Virus record (IMG/VR): IMGVR_UViG_3300032289_000612 | Coordinates: 1-43,256 of that record | Direction: 5' to 3' (one strand) | Length of the DNA: 43,256 nucleotides | DNA from: a virus | Lineage: Duplodnaviria > Caudoviricetes | Part shown: in pieces, positions 41,967-43,256 of the stretch | Layout of the letters: each line of letters opens with the position of its first letter | How positions within the stretch are numbered: position 1 is the stretch's first letter | Notes under the pieces: generated by a model | The model's input: the letters and a program-made list of their open reading frames with translations, nothing else | Told to the model about the DNA's origin: nothing | Databases searched by the model: none | Translations under genes and position numbers: made by a program

Positions 41967-43255
41967 TTTATCCTCCTCATAACCGCACCAGCAATTTGTG
42001 ATGCAATAATTACTGGCACAATAACTTCTTGTGCTTTTTCTCTCTGGTCATCTGTCATGTCGCTACCTAATTCAGAGAAATTAGATAGTAATTCTTGAGC
42101 ATCAATATTTCCTATAGCCGCCAGCGGATCTGATAAAAATTCTTCCATTTGAACCTCAGTAACAACATCTGCAAGGGTGTATGGGGTTGCTGATCCTGCT
42201 GCAGATTCTTTTGCTCTATCATCAAACTCTACAAAAGCTGAGGCTAGTGCTGGATTAGATTTCATTTGTTCTGCTACCTTTGCTACTTCTGCTGTAGAAA
42301 TACCAAGATCTGCTGCAACTTCAGCCTTTGCCTCTTGTGTTAAAGACTTAAGTGTTTGGCTAACTGCTGCTGTTTGCTCAACAGAAAGCTTAACTAATTT
42401 ATTATCCTTGCTTGTAAGGTTTGCTATAACTCCAGATAAATCTTCTGAATTTCCTGTACCCTTTTGTGGTATCAATGCTGCTAACTCTGCATCCTTTATA
42501 ACTGGATCAATATTTTCTGCTGGCTTAAAGTCTGGTCTTGGCAATGGCCTGGGTTCTGAAGATGGCTCAACAGTAGGTTCTGGAGTAGGCTCTGGCTTTG
42601 GTTCAGGGCTTGGGGCAGGTGTAGGCTTAGGCTCTTCTGGTTTTGGCTTATCAGTAGGCTCTGGCTTTGGCTTGTCTGTTGGTTCTGGTTTAGGTCCAGG
42701 CTCTGTAGGCTTTGGTCCTGGCTGTGTAGGCTTTGGTCCTGGTTCTTCTGTAGCAGTATTGTTAGTTGGCTTTGGTTCTGGCTTCTCTGTTGGTGGTGGG
42801 GAAGGCTTTGGCTTTTCTGGCTCAACAGTTGGCTTTGAAGATGGCTCTGGCTTTGGTTGATTTGCGGCTGCAGCAGCAGCCTGTGCAATTGCTCTTTGAA
42901 TTTCTCTTTTTGATTGTTCATCATAGTAACGCCATGCGTCATCAATTGCGCTATTCATATCATTAACTGCATTATTAAAATCATTGATTGTATTATTCTT
43001 TTCAGATAAAGCATCCTCTGTATCATTTACTGCGTTATCATATTCAGATTCTTTGTTAATTAATGTTTGGCTTAATGAGTTTAGTGTTGCAGCCTCTTGA
43101 TTATATACATTTAGTTTGTCATTATATTCCTGTTGCGCTGACTGCTTTGCACTTAATGCTGCTTGATACTCAGCAGTCTGTGTTGCAGTTGGTTCAGATC
43201 CAGAGGAAAATGTATTTAGATCACAACTAAATCCTACTCCCCAACCACCAGTATA
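41963..43255 (-). CDS. C-terminal part of a large coiled-coil/Pro-rich membrane-anchored protein (5' end beyond the window)
   Basis: Frame is open to the window edge; PKPT/PEP repeats; hydrophobic C-terminus. Confidence 0.75.
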   Translation of the reverse strand, partial: YTGGWGVGFSCDLNTFSSGSEPTATQTAEYQAALSAKQSAQQEYNDKLNVYNQEAATLNSLSQTLINKESEYDNAVNDTEDALSEKNNTINDFNNAVNDMNSAIDDAWRYYDEQSKREIQRAIAQAAAAAANQPKPEPSSKPTVEPEKPKPSPPPTEKPEPKPTNNTATEEPGPKPTQPGPKPTEPGPKPEPTDKPKPEPTDKPKPEEPKPTPAPSPEPKPEPTPEPTVEPSSEPRPLPRPDFKPAENIDPVIKDAELAALIPQKGTGNSEDLSGVIANLTSKDNKLVKLSVEQTAAVSQTLKSLTQEAKAEVAADLGISTAEVAKVAEQMKSNPALASAFVEFDDRAKESAAGSATPYTLADVVTEVQMEEFLSDPLAAIGNIDAQELLSNFSELGSDMTDDQREKAQEVIVPVIIASQIAGAVMRRIN

Positions 43256-43256
43256 A

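Noticed and set aside
1-43256. tRNA genes, introns/inteins, alternative genetic code
   Set aside because: No cloverleaf/TTCGAA-CCA pattern recognised; nrdJ is uninterrupted and of normal length; genes end normally at TAA/TAG/TGA

Overview
This 43 kb window comes from a large, AT-rich tailed phage. The host is most likely a freshwater Actinobacterium, judged from whiB, an Lsr2-like gene, class II RNR and many leaderless genes. It has four parts. (1) 0.1-13 kb, minus strand: Gly-rich/FN3, Mtd-N and collagen-like tail-fibre/receptor-binding genes. (2) 13-17.9 kb: nrdJ, a glycosyltransferase, a lytic transglycosylase and a candidate sRNA. (3) 18.4-29.3 kb, plus strand: an 'early/pre-early' island of about 30 mostly tiny genes (DUF932, YubB-like, mini-Lsr2). 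It is built from repeated regulatory modules: 13 TGTCAG-N10-TAnnnT promoters, helically phased CRP-type palindromes, DnaA boxes, an 8-copy GGG-TTACG-N17/18-CTG element and a 2-copy pseudoknot RNA. (4) 29.3-43.2 kb, minus strand: Zn-ribbon microproteins, CDGSH, PnuC-like, SSB, GroES, thioredoxin, DenV-like glycosylase, subtilisin, HslV-like protease, WhiB, CHAP endolysin and membrane proteins. The most striking observation is a structured intergenic RNA at ~26.18-26.30 kb. Its loop (CUUUCGUUGGUU) is the reverse complement of the RBS leader (AACCAACGAAAG) shared by about eight early promoters, which suggests a single-sRNA shut-off circuit for the early regulon. All calls come from reading the sequence by eye; no searches or folding programs were run.
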